Source: Candidatus Electronema halotolerans
Lineage (GTDB): Bacteria > Desulfobacterota > Desulfobulbia > Desulfobulbales > Desulfobulbaceae
DNA length: 32,000 nt
Direction of reading: 5' to 3'
NCBI GenBank assembly: GCA_942493095.1
Contig: OW818675.1
Span: 1,350,001-1,382,000 of the forward strand
This document shows positions 18,800 through 27,406 of this stretch, in pieces. Each line of letters starts with the position of its first letter. The first letter of the stretch is position 1. Made by a program: the position numbers and the translations under genes. The notes beneath the pieces were generated by a model. The model ran no database searches. It saw only the letters and a list, made by a program, of their open reading frames with translations, and was not told where the DNA came from.

Positions 18800-18861
18800 T
18801 CACCCTGCAGCACGTTCCGGCATTTCAGGGGAATCTGTGAAACCGCACTGAAGGACGGAGC

Positions 18862-19737
18862 ATGAAACCGCTTGCCCGGAAAGCTCTGCTGTCTGCTGCC
18901 GGAATCCTGGCCGCTGCGCTGCTCTTCCTCTCCCCTGCCCTGCGCCTGCCGCTGCTTGATGATGCGGCAGATGCCTATTTCCAGGCCGCCATCACCAAGG
19001 GCGGTCTGTCCTACGCCACCTGCCGGGTGATCAACGCCTCAGTCTCAATTATCGAAGAATCCAGCCTGCATCTGGAGCCAGCCGGAGTCGGCGTGTCCTT
19101 GGCGGTCGGGCAGGCTCTTGATCCGATTGACGATCTGACCGAGCGGGTTTCTGATGTTCTGGTGACCGCTGTCACCTCGCTGGGTGTTCAGAAGCTGGCC
19201 TATGAGATCGGCATTTCCCTTGCCCCGCCTGCGCTGGCAGTACTGCTGGCTCTGCTCTCGCTGCTGGTCTGGTTTGGCAATGCGCGGGTGAACATGGTCC
19301 AGAAAACCTTCACCCGTTTTGCCCTGCTATTGGTCGTGGCCCGTTTCTGCCTGCCAGTCTCCTCGCTGGTGAACACGGTTGTCTATGATCGTTTTTTCGC
19401 AGAACGGATTGAACAGGTGGGCAGCAATCTGGCTGCCGGGTCAGCAGGTTTTGATAAGCTGAAGGATTTTTCCCTGCCAGAATACAGCATTTTTGCCACT
19501 GCCTCCCTGCTCAGGCAGAAATCCACCGAACTGCGCGACGCGCTGACCGAAGTTGGAGAGAATGTCGGTGATCTGACCGCAAATCTGCTCCAGCTCGCCT
19601 TTCTCTATGTCGGCATTTTTGTGATTCAGGTGCTGGTGCTGCCGCTTCTCTCCTTCTTCATGCTGGCTAAAACCTTGAACGCGCTTTTTGGCACCAACCT
19701 GCCTCTGCTGGCCCTGCCGCCAGCGGATAATGACTGA
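18862..19737 (+). CDS. Hypothetical integral membrane protein
   Basis: 291-aa ORF with N-terminal TM/signal (LSAAGILAAALLFLSPALRLPLL) and further hydrophobic segments; SD ggagc before ATG. Confidence 0.65.
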   Translation: MKPLARKALLSAAGILAAALLFLSPALRLPLLDDAADAYFQAAITKGGLSYATCRVINASVSIIEESSLHLEPAGVGVSLAVGQALDPIDDLTERVSDVLVTAVTSLGVQKLAYEIGISLAPPALAVLLALLSLLVWFGNARVNMVQKTFTRFALLLVVARFCLPVSSLVNTVVYDRFFAERIEQVGSNLAAGSAGFDKLKDFSLPEYSIFATASLLRQKSTELRDALTEVGENVGDLTANLLQLAFLYVGIFVIQVLVLPLLSFFMLAKTLNALFGTNLPLLALPPADND

Positions 19738-19849
19738 CAGAGAGAAAGCAGCTCCCAAAGGAGATTAGCCATGAACAAAACCGCGAGTATGCCCCTGAGT
19801 TGAAAGATCGGGTGGAAGATATTTCGGCAGATAGTCTGACCATCACCCA

Positions 19850-20626
19850 TTATCCACCAAATTTTCTCTTGAGATACTCAACATGCTTTTGATCTGTTTC
19901 TTTGCTTTGTTCAAGCATGACGTTTTTAATGCAAGAGACAGAACGCTTTATTTTGCTGTCTGTGATGCGGCCAAAATCAAAGACAGCAAGAAAATCCTTC
20001 AGCTCATCAATAAAAAGCACTCCTTCAGGAATATCTGTCTTGAATTGCGCATTACCAGTGAAGACAACAATGCTTTGCATGACCTCTTCCGGCAGAAAAC
20101 CCAGCACGCTCTGAACTGCCAGCCAATGCTTGTAGTTCTGACGCAACGGATTTTGAAATGTATTTTTGCTTTTTCCTGTCACTTGGGTCCATGTCACATC
20201 TTCTGTTTCTGCAAAAATCCATCCTGAATAATTTTTGGTTTCAATAACAAGTATGCCTTTTTTGGAAAGGAGAATATGGTCAATTTGCGTTGTTCCATCC
20301 TTAAAGTGCATCGTCACATTGTCGAAAAGGCATGCGCCTGAATGTCTGCAATACTCATCAAGAACAGCATTGACCGCATCTTCCCCCTGCTTCCCGCGTT
20401 GGGCGGCAGTTGCTGGCGAAGATATTTCGGCCTTGCGTGACGACCTTTTCCGGGGCTGCTTTTTTTTTCTGCCAAAGCGAAGGCGCAGTCGATAGACAAG
20501 AATTGCAAGTGTGGCAAGCCAAAACAGCATTCCAAGAAGTTCCTTCATACTCTGCCTCGGTAAAAAATGTCTGATGATTCCTGCAAGGGCGGGACAGAGG
20601 AAAACATACAGAAAATAAAAAAGCAA
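19850..20626 (-). CDS. NERD (nuclease-related) domain membrane-anchored protein
   Basis: RGKQGEDAVNAVLDEYCRHSGACLFDNVTMHFKDGTTQIDHILLSKKGILVIETKNYSGWIFAETEDVTWTQVTGKSKNTFQNPLRQNYKHW; exact start uncertain. Confidence 0.85.
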   Translation of the reverse strand: MLFYFLYVFLCPALAGIIRHFLPRQSMKELLGMLFWLATLAILVYRLRLRFGRKKKQPRKRSSRKAEISSPATAAQRGKQGEDAVNAVLDEYCRHSGACLFDNVTMHFKDGTTQIDHILLSKKGILVIETKNYSGWIFAETEDVTWTQVTGKSKNTFQNPLRQNYKHWLAVQSVLGFLPEEVMQSIVVFTGNAQFKTDIPEGVLFIDELKDFLAVFDFGRITDSKIKRSVSCIKNVMLEQSKETDQKHVEYLKRKFGG

Positions 20627-20655
20627 GAAGATAAAGGCGGAGCAAATAGAAAAAT

Positions 20656-21033
20656 ATGAAATGTTCAGAGCTTGCCCAAGAAGCTATTGACAAGGTGCGG
20701 CAGCAGCGGACAGCAGGCCGTCGGCAAAAAACAGCTCGCGTCGTCAAGAAAGGCTGCAGCTCTGTCGGAAAAACAGCAAGTTTTACCAAAGCAGTTCTGG
20801 CCGCAGCAGGAATATTCTTTCTCTCATCTTTTGTCTTTGTGTCATGCGCAACATTTCTTGCCTCATTTGAAAAACAGAGACAAGCAGTCCACAGCACGGC
20901 AAGAACACCGGCTGTCCGGACAAATACAAGCAATTCAGCACCTGTCAAGAAACGCTATGGGCAAGAAATATACAAATGGGTTGATGCAAATGGTGTTGTC
21001 CATTTGAGCAACACGAAAGATGAAGAATACTAA
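20656..21033 (+). CDS. Single-TM protein with C-terminal DUF4124-like motif
   Basis: ...AVLAAAGIFFLSSFVFVSCATFL...QEIYKWVDANGVVHLSNTKDEEY. Confidence 0.6.
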   Translation: MKCSELAQEAIDKVRQQRTAGRRQKTARVVKKGCSSVGKTASFTKAVLAAAGIFFLSSFVFVSCATFLASFEKQRQAVHSTARTPAVRTNTSNSAPVKKRYGQEIYKWVDANGVVHLSNTKDEEY

Positions 21034-22972
21034 CAAGTCAAACAACAGCAAATTCAATTTTATGCAATTAGACAATATCCTCTGGCTGCCGGACGAAACC
21101 CAGGCTGTCCTCTTTGACATGGATGGGGTGCTCTTGGACAGCCTTGGTCTGGACTTCACTCTCTGCAATGAGCTGCTCCGCAAGAATCTTGGCCGAGAGG
21201 CGCAGCTCTCCAAAGACTTCATCCGCTCCATCTTTGCCTATCATCCGCCGGAATTCTGGCGGAGAATCTTTGCCTTGATCGAAGAACAGGACGGCATTGC
21301 CGCTGCGGATGCGGTGCGGCAGACTGTTCTTGATGAATACAATGCGGCCCGCAAGGAGGCTGTCTTTCCGGTCAATCCCGGCATCGTTGCTCTTCTTGCC
21401 GCCTGCAAGGAACAGCGGCTCAAGACAGCCGTGGTCTCCAACAATCCAACTGAGGATGTCTGCAATATCCTCAGCCAATCCGGCATTGCCGAATACTTTG
21501 ACTTGATTGTCGGCAATGATCTGCACAAGCTCCAGCCAAAGCCCGCGCCTGACACCTACATCTATGCCGCCAACATGCTGGAAATGCTGCCCGGTAATTG
21601 CGCAGTGATTGAGGATTCGCTGCTCGGTGCGGAAGCAGGCGGCAAGGCAGGCTGCTTTGTGGTTGGAGTGGCCACCGGCGGCACGAGTTTTGCCGACTTG
21701 GAGGCCTCAGAACAGACCCGGCGGGTTTATGCCTCATTTCATCCCAATCAGCTTGTCCTCCAATTCGGCGATGTGACCCAAAAGCGCCTGCATACGCCGA
21801 ACGACTTTGTCAGTCATGCGATTGAGCACATTGCTTGGCGGATGGGCTGCGGCATTGAGCTGTTCTGGAACAGCAATGACTGGCCGCAGCTTGGTCTTGC
21901 CCTAGGCCGTTGCATTGCCAATCTGCCGCAGCAGGCTGCCATGGCTGCGGCCTTGGGCATGATTGATGACGGCAGCGCGGAAGTGACCATCACGTTGGCA
22001 GATGAGCCGGACTTCCTGATTGAGACGGTGGAGCAGCTTGATCCGGCCTGGTTCTTCAGCCTGCGCTGCGAGCAGGTTGAATCGAGCGCGCCGCTGCTGG
22101 AGCTGCTGCGCGGCCTGACGCAAGGGCTGCAAGCACGGCTGCATGTCCTTGTCTGCGGGGTGGAAGACCCGCATCATGCCTGGGAGGGCGTGTTCCGGGC
22201 CATCGGCATTGCCTTGGGTAAAATCTTCGCGCCAAAGGCAATGCCTCCAGCAGCGGCGACGCAGCCGAATAAGGCTCCGGCGCATGGCATCATGGTTGAG
22301 GAATTGACCGACCAGACGGCGGCGGTTGTCCGCAGCACCGCAGAGAGCCGGGTCCGGGTGGCAGTGAACTGCGCCGGGCACTGGCCGGGCTGCTGCAGCT
22401 TCAAGGTTGGCCCGTCCATTCAGGTCTCTGCATTCGGCGGCCTGCTGGAGGCAATGGCCAAGGAGGCCGGTTTCACGCTGTCGGTTGATTTCACGGCGGA
22501 ACAGCTCAGTTCCAGCCATGTGGTGATGGAAGATACCGGCTTGGTCTTGGGCCGTGCCCTCAAGGAGCTACTGATCCGGCGCATGAACGGCGCAGGCGTG
22601 AACGGCGCAGGCAGCAGCATTCAGAGCGAGACCGACATGGCCAGCCAGCCGCTCAGGGTCGGGGTGAGCGTGGAGGGCCGCAAGTTTGTCAAGTTCGTGC
22701 CCTTTGCTGAAGATTGGACCGCGTTCCGCAAACATTTCCTGCTTGGCCAGGATGTCTATGGCGGCCTGTTCTCAGAGGACTTGGATGACTTTCTCGACGG
22801 CTTGGCAGGCGGGCTGCATTGCAGCATTGTGGTGCATGTCCGGGAGCGCGTTGCCCCGGCAGAAGGCTGGCTCCTGCTCTTCCAGCAGCTCGGCAAAGCC
22901 TTGCACGAGGTCTTTGCGGAGAATCCGGCCCGGAAAGGCGTGCCGCCCGGTGTGAAGGCGACGCTGGCCTAA
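21020..22972 (+). CDS. HAD-superfamily (beta-phosphoglucomutase-like) hydrolase fused to two divergent imidazoleglycerol-phosphate dehydratase (HisB)-like domains
   Basis: LFDMDGVLLDSLGLDF...LKTAVVSNNPTEDVCNIL...DLIVGNDLHKLQPKPAPDTYIYAANML...CAVIEDSLLGAEAG. Then LHVLVCGVEDPHHAWEGVFRAIGIALGKIF and RSTAESRVRVAVN...SSSHVVMEDTGLVLGRAL...VSVEGRKFVKFVP, matching HisB half-domain patterns. Confidence 0.75.
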   Translation: MKNTNKSNNSKFNFMQLDNILWLPDETQAVLFDMDGVLLDSLGLDFTLCNELLRKNLGREAQLSKDFIRSIFAYHPPEFWRRIFALIEEQDGIAAADAVRQTVLDEYNAARKEAVFPVNPGIVALLAACKEQRLKTAVVSNNPTEDVCNILSQSGIAEYFDLIVGNDLHKLQPKPAPDTYIYAANMLEMLPGNCAVIEDSLLGAEAGGKAGCFVVGVATGGTSFADLEASEQTRRVYASFHPNQLVLQFGDVTQKRLHTPNDFVSHAIEHIAWRMGCGIELFWNSNDWPQLGLALGRCIANLPQQAAMAAALGMIDDGSAEVTITLADEPDFLIETVEQLDPAWFFSLRCEQVESSAPLLELLRGLTQGLQARLHVLVCGVEDPHHAWEGVFRAIGIALGKIFAPKAMPPAAATQPNKAPAHGIMVEELTDQTAAVVRSTAESRVRVAVNCAGHWPGCCSFKVGPSIQVSAFGGLLEAMAKEAGFTLSVDFTAEQLSSSHVVMEDTGLVLGRALKELLIRRMNGAGVNGAGSSIQSETDMASQPLRVGVSVEGRKFVKFVPFAEDWTAFRKHFLLGQDVYGGLFSEDLDDFLDGLAGGLHCSIVVHVRERVAPAEGWLLLFQQLGKALHEVFAENPARKGVPPGVKATLA

Positions 22973-23086
22973 GACTCTCGACCTATGAGGTATGCCGCCA
23001 TCTTTTCAGCGTGCGAGGCTTGCCTTGTCAGTCATATACCCTGCCGACTGCTGGTGGAAAAGCTGAAACGCTCCCTGCGCCTCGGT

Positions 23087-23434
23087 TCAGAAAGTAATAA
23101 CTGAATATCCTTGGGTAATATAGTCAGCCATTGCAGGGTGGCCGGACATTGTGCCGATGAGCTGGATATCTTCCGCCTCAATTTCCTCGGCAACGCCCAG
23201 CTTGGCAGAGCAGGCTCGGCAGGCACCAAGGATCAGCCCCTTTCCCTTGGCCTCGGTGTAAAGCTGATGCAGAAAATGCTCAGGTTTGGCCATTTCCGGC
23301 ACCAGCTTGACCGCCTCGCCCTCCAAGACAATTTTCCCGCCCAAGCCCTGCGCAGCCATGTTCAGGCTGTTGAGCAGGACATGGATAAAGCACATCGGTT
23401 CGCCCTTGAAGGCGAACAGCACTGTTTCACTCAT
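23087..23434 (-). CDS. DsrE/DsrF-like family protein
   Basis: MSETVLFAFKGEPMCFIHVLLNSLNMAAQGLGGKIVLEGEAVKLVPEMAKPEHFLHQLYTEAKGKGLILGACRACSAKLGVAEEIEAEDIQLIGTMSGHPAMADYITQGYSVITF; SD AGAGGA. Confidence 0.75.
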   Translation of the reverse strand: MSETVLFAFKGEPMCFIHVLLNSLNMAAQGLGGKIVLEGEAVKLVPEMAKPEHFLHQLYTEAKGKGLILGACRACSAKLGVAEEIEAEDIQLIGTMSGHPAMADYITQGYSVITF

Positions 23435-23462
23435 TGCAGTTTCCTCTTGCAGAGATGGAAAT

Positions 23463-23497
23463 GAAAACCCCGGCCTCCTCTGCCAAGGAGACCGGGG
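23463..23497 (-). terminator. Intercistronic terminator/attenuator-like hairpin
   Basis: Minus strand CCCCGGTCTCCTTGGCAGAGGAGGCCGGGGTTTTC: long GC stem followed by a short T-run, between the cytochrome and DsrE-like genes. Confidence 0.5.
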
Positions 23498-23528
23498 CTT
23501 CTGCTTTCAGGCAGGAGAGGCTTGCCTC

Positions 23529-25583
23529 TTACCTTCTGCCAAGCACATCCTCGCGGACGCTGTTAGCCACTTTGACCGCAATGTTGACAATCTCCGGCTT
23601 CACGCCCAGCTCTTCCAGAGCCTCGCGGAAGTGTTGGAGGATGATGTCAAAGTGCGTGTCATTGAGACCTTTCTCTTCGACCAAGCGGGCATGAACTGCT
23701 TTCAGAGCCCGGCCTGTGTAAGACTGGCCGCTGCCCAAGGCGAAGTTCATGAAACCCTTCTGCATCCGCCGCTGGGTGGCCATGTCAACGCCTTCAAAGA
23801 AGTAATTGACACGCGGATCAGCCATTACTTTGTCATAAAAAAGATCAACGGCCTTGCTGACCGCCACCTCGCCGCCAATTGTTTCATAGAAGGCAGCGGC
23901 GGCAGGTCCCTGCGGCAGGATGTCAGCTCGTTCCTGCACCGGTGCTACTGAAGGCTTGCCCTTGGTCTTGAAGGTCACGGTCTTGTCGATCATGTCAACC
24001 ACAGGCAGCGGATTCGGCACCTCTTTCAGCCCGTAAATCTCCTCCAGATCAAAGCCTTTGGGCATGTTGGCAAAGATTTTCTCAGCCAGCTTCTGGCCTG
24101 CGACCCGGAAACGGAGTTTGGCATGGAGGGTGAGGGTATGCTCATGCGGGTCATTATGCAGCTTGGTCAGAGAGGAGTAGTACACATCCTTGTAGCCCTT
24201 GGGCGGGATGATGTCATGCCGGGTGAAGGAAACCAGCTTCCACGGATCAGCCGTGAACTTCATGTTGATATCCGCGCCCTCGGAGTTGAACATATAGGTG
24301 TTGCCGTCCAGCTCGCCGTCTGGCTTGATAAAGCCGCTTTTCAGCACTTCCCTGCCGTCCTCATCCGTAGCTGTCACTTCCAGCCACATCTCCCGGACAT
24401 TGGTCAGCGAGGTGGGCAGGGCATGACCGCAGCGCTTGTTCCAAATCCGCACTTTAATCTTGCCCAACAAGCCGGTCTCATCGTAGATCGGCTCGATCTC
24501 CATCTCTGCGGCAGCTTGGAGCCGGGCCACAGCCATATCATACTTTAGCTGGGCATTGGCGGCCAGCTTGGCATCGCCCATTTTCTCAGCCCGCAGCTTG
24601 TCCAGCAGATACATGGTGAAGTTGGCACCGTTGAAGAAGTGGCGGTACTCGCTCCGCTTGGGCTTCTGGAAGGTGTCAGCAGAACGGATGAAGGTTGGAA
24701 TATCGACCATGTGGCAGTCCTGACACTGAATGCCCTTGATCGAATAGATGCCCTTCTTCCATTCGTTGTAGGTGTGCTCAATCGGGAAATGCTCTTCGTA
24801 ATGGAAGACCTGATGGCAGCCGCCGCACAGCTCGCCGCGCAGATGCAATGGCGACTCAATGCACTCATGGAAGCCGCCGCCGCAGCCGTCATAATTCGGG
24901 AAGGGGCCGTACTTGGTGCGGACATTGTTGCCGTTCTTGTCCTTGTAGCCAGGCGACAGGACATACGAACCATTCTCCGGCTCATGCGACGGAGTATCCC
25001 AGTGGGTGTGCGTTCTGATGGAATGGCAGACATCGCAGGACACGCCAGCCTTGGCCAGGTCGGTGAGCTTGGACATGTCCAGCTCCTCGCCCCGTTTCGG
25101 CCCCAGCCCGGAAACCGTGGCAGCGGCAGTGTGGCAGCCCTCGCACTGGTTGCGGATGCCTTCGCCCACATCCTTGATGCCCAAGATCAGCTCGCCGAGA
25201 TAGATGGGATCCCGGAACGCCTGCTCGTGCATGGAACCCTTCCAGTCTTCAAACTGCTGCGGATGGCAGCCGCCGCAGGTCATGACCGAAGGCACCTCAA
25301 AGGGCACGCCCTTGTCCTCAAAGGCGATGTTGGATGGGTAAAACTGATACTTCTGCTTGAGATAAGCGTGGTTGTACCGGGCGTAGGGAACATTCCAGAT
25401 ATTGGCTAACTGCTTGTCCACCTCGTAGGGATTAGGCGGCGCGTTCATTGTCGCCTGCGAAGGACTGTAGTTGGGCTGGGTTGCGCTGACTTGGCCCTGC
25501 TTCTGGGCAAAGACCGCAGCCGCATTCAAGGCCAGCCCTGCCGCTGTCAGACAGAGTACCAGCCCCATCCGCTTCTTTTTCAT
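23529..25583 (-). CDS. Exported multiheme c-type cytochrome fused to C-terminal group-1 truncated hemoglobin
   Basis: Start ATG 25583 with SD GGAGGAG; signal peptide MKKKRMGLVLCLTAAGLALNAAAVFAQ; five CXXCH motifs (CGGCH, CEGCH, CDVCH, CGGCH, CQDCH); C-terminal FYETIGGEVAVSKAVDLFYDKVMADPRVNYFFEGVDMATQRRMQKGFMNFALG...YTGRALKAVHARL...THFDIILQHFREALEELGV. Confidence 0.93.
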   Translation of the reverse strand: MKKKRMGLVLCLTAAGLALNAAAVFAQKQGQVSATQPNYSPSQATMNAPPNPYEVDKQLANIWNVPYARYNHAYLKQKYQFYPSNIAFEDKGVPFEVPSVMTCGGCHPQQFEDWKGSMHEQAFRDPIYLGELILGIKDVGEGIRNQCEGCHTAAATVSGLGPKRGEELDMSKLTDLAKAGVSCDVCHSIRTHTHWDTPSHEPENGSYVLSPGYKDKNGNNVRTKYGPFPNYDGCGGGFHECIESPLHLRGELCGGCHQVFHYEEHFPIEHTYNEWKKGIYSIKGIQCQDCHMVDIPTFIRSADTFQKPKRSEYRHFFNGANFTMYLLDKLRAEKMGDAKLAANAQLKYDMAVARLQAAAEMEIEPIYDETGLLGKIKVRIWNKRCGHALPTSLTNVREMWLEVTATDEDGREVLKSGFIKPDGELDGNTYMFNSEGADINMKFTADPWKLVSFTRHDIIPPKGYKDVYYSSLTKLHNDPHEHTLTLHAKLRFRVAGQKLAEKIFANMPKGFDLEEIYGLKEVPNPLPVVDMIDKTVTFKTKGKPSVAPVQERADILPQGPAAAAFYETIGGEVAVSKAVDLFYDKVMADPRVNYFFEGVDMATQRRMQKGFMNFALGSGQSYTGRALKAVHARLVEEKGLNDTHFDIILQHFREALEELGVKPEIVNIAVKVANSVREDVLGRR
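23532..23891 (-). other. Truncated hemoglobin (TrHbN-like) domain of the fusion protein
   Basis: YETIGGEVAVSKAV..FY..V..DPRVNYFFEGVDM..QRRMQKGFMNFALG...THFDIILQHF, including the expected B-helix Tyr and proximal His positions. Confidence 0.9.
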
Positions 25584-25761
25584 AATCAAAAGCTCCTCCT
25601 TTCCTCTGTTGGTTGGTAAAAAAAATGAAACGCCACGAGTCATACATGAGGCTATTATAGTGGAACAGACGGCAAAATCAAAGATGTGGGACAATTTTTT
25701 TTGCCTTTGCAGGCATCCGCAGGGAAGTTGGGCTGTATCTTCTTAGTTCTTCGTAACAATG

Positions 25762-25866
25762 CCCGATGCAGCCTTCGGAATCATCCCGATAGTGGTATCG
25801 GGCAAACCTCGATGGTGGTATCGGGCCATGCTCGAAGCAGGCTTCGGGATGAGCCGCAGGCCTGCC
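25762..25866. repeat. Intergenic dyad-rich element upstream of trmFO
   Basis: Perfect hairpin CCCGATA-GTGG-TATCGGG (25786-25803), a diverged copy CTCGATGGTGGTATCGGG (25809-25826), plus GCCCGATGCAGCCTTCGG / GAAGCAGGCTTCGGGATGA pieces. Confidence 0.5.
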
Positions 25867-25974
25867 CGCGCTTCCTTTTTTCCTGCTCCTGCTCACTTTC
25901 AAGGTGAAGAGTGAAGGGAAATGCTTTACATTAGAATGGTTCCTCTCCTCCAACTGTTCATGCGAGACAAGAAG

Positions 25975-27306
25975 ATGCCCGCAACAACCATTCAGATCAT
26001 CGGCGGCGGCCTGGCAGGCTGCGAGGCGGCTTGGCAGGCTGCGGAGCGCGGCTGCCCGGTCGAACTGCACGAGATGAAGCCAGTCAGATTCAGCCCGGCC
26101 CATGAGTCGGACCTGCTCGGCGAGCTGGTCTGCTCCAATTCGCTCCGCTCCAACGCCCCGGACTCGGCAGTCGGCCTGCTCAAGGAGGAGATGCGGCAGC
26201 TTGATTCGCTGATCATCCGGGCCGCCGAAGCAACGGCAGTTCCGGCAGGCTCGGCTCTGGCGGTTGACCGGCAGCAGTTTGCCGCCTTCATCTCCAAAGT
26301 GATGGCCGAGCATCCGCGCATCACGGTCATCCGCCGCGAAGTCACTGCGCTGCCACAGAGCACCGGGCCTGTGATTCTTGCCACCGGGCCGCTGACCTCT
26401 GAGGCCATGACCGCCAGCCTGCTGGCCCTGACCGGGGAGAAGCACTTGGCCTTTTACGATGCCATTGCCCCGATTGTCGCGGCAGATTCGCTCGACATGA
26501 CCATCATCTACCGCAAATCGCGCTGGGATGACGACACGCCGGGCGATTATCTCAACTGTCCGATGACTGCGGCAGAGTACAACGCCTTTATTGATCTGCT
26601 TGCCGCCGCTCAGACTGTGCCGCTCAAGTCCTTTGAAGAACCCAAGTATTTCGAGGGCTGCCTGCCGATTGAGGTGATGTGCGCCAGAGGTCGCGACACT
26701 CTGCGCTTCGGGCCGATGAAGCCGGTCGGTCTGGCTGATCCCCGCACTGGCAAGGAGCCTCATGCGGCAGTCCAGCTCCGGGCCGAGAATTGCGACGGCA
26801 CGGCGTATAATTTGGTCGGCTTCCAGACCAAGCTGACCTACACGGAGCAGAAGCGGGTCTTCCGCAGCATTCCCGGCTTGACCCAGGCCGAGTTTGTCCG
26901 CCTTGGCTCCATCCACCGCAACACCTTCATCTGCGCTCCGGCCCTGTTGGACAGCTCGCTCCAGCTGAGGCAGCGGCCCGGTCTGTTCCTGGCTGGCCAG
27001 CTTTCCGGGGTGGAAGGCTATGTCGAGTCAGCGGCAATGGGCCTGCTGGCCGGCCTCAACGCGGCCCGGCTGACAGTTAGTCAGAGCATGCTGCCGCCAC
27101 CGCCCGGAACCGCCCTCGGCGCGCTGGTCTGCCATCTGACCGCATCTGACCCGGCTCATTTCCAGCCCTCCAATGTCAACTTCGGCCTGTTCCCGCCCCT
27201 GACCCAAAAGGTGCGGAAAAAGGAGCGGGGCGGCTTCCGGGCGCAGACCGCCTTGCAGCTGCTGGAGGCATGGCAAAAAGACATGGCAAGCCAGCTTTCC
27301 CCTTGA
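25975..27306 (+). CDS. trmFO: Methylenetetrahydrofolate--tRNA-(uracil-5-)-methyltransferase
   Basis: [81 protein letters not shown]...; translation start set at 25975 rather than 25921. Confidence 0.97.
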   Translation: MPATTIQIIGGGLAGCEAAWQAAERGCPVELHEMKPVRFSPAHESDLLGELVCSNSLRSNAPDSAVGLLKEEMRQLDSLIIRAAEATAVPAGSALAVDRQQFAAFISKVMAEHPRITVIRREVTALPQSTGPVILATGPLTSEAMTASLLALTGEKHLAFYDAIAPIVAADSLDMTIIYRKSRWDDDTPGDYLNCPMTAAEYNAFIDLLAAAQTVPLKSFEEPKYFEGCLPIEVMCARGRDTLRFGPMKPVGLADPRTGKEPHAAVQLRAENCDGTAYNLVGFQTKLTYTEQKRVFRSIPGLTQAEFVRLGSIHRNTFICAPALLDSSLQLRQRPGLFLAGQLSGVEGYVESAAMGLLAGLNAARLTVSQSMLPPPPGTALGALVCHLTASDPAHFQPSNVNFGLFPPLTQKVRKKERGGFRAQTALQLLEAWQKDMASQLSP

Positions 27307-27406
27307 CAAAGGACTTGTCAGTCAGTGTTAAATACAGAGAGGAGGAGTGAACCATGCCGACCATTGCGATACGTCGCACCGAATCAAGTCAAGGAGAGAT
27401 GATCAG

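Noticed and set aside
23286-25409. + strand ORFs 23286-23951 and 24639-25409 opposite the cytochrome
   Set aside because: Antisense to a strong multiheme cytochrome/globin gene; no supporting motifs.
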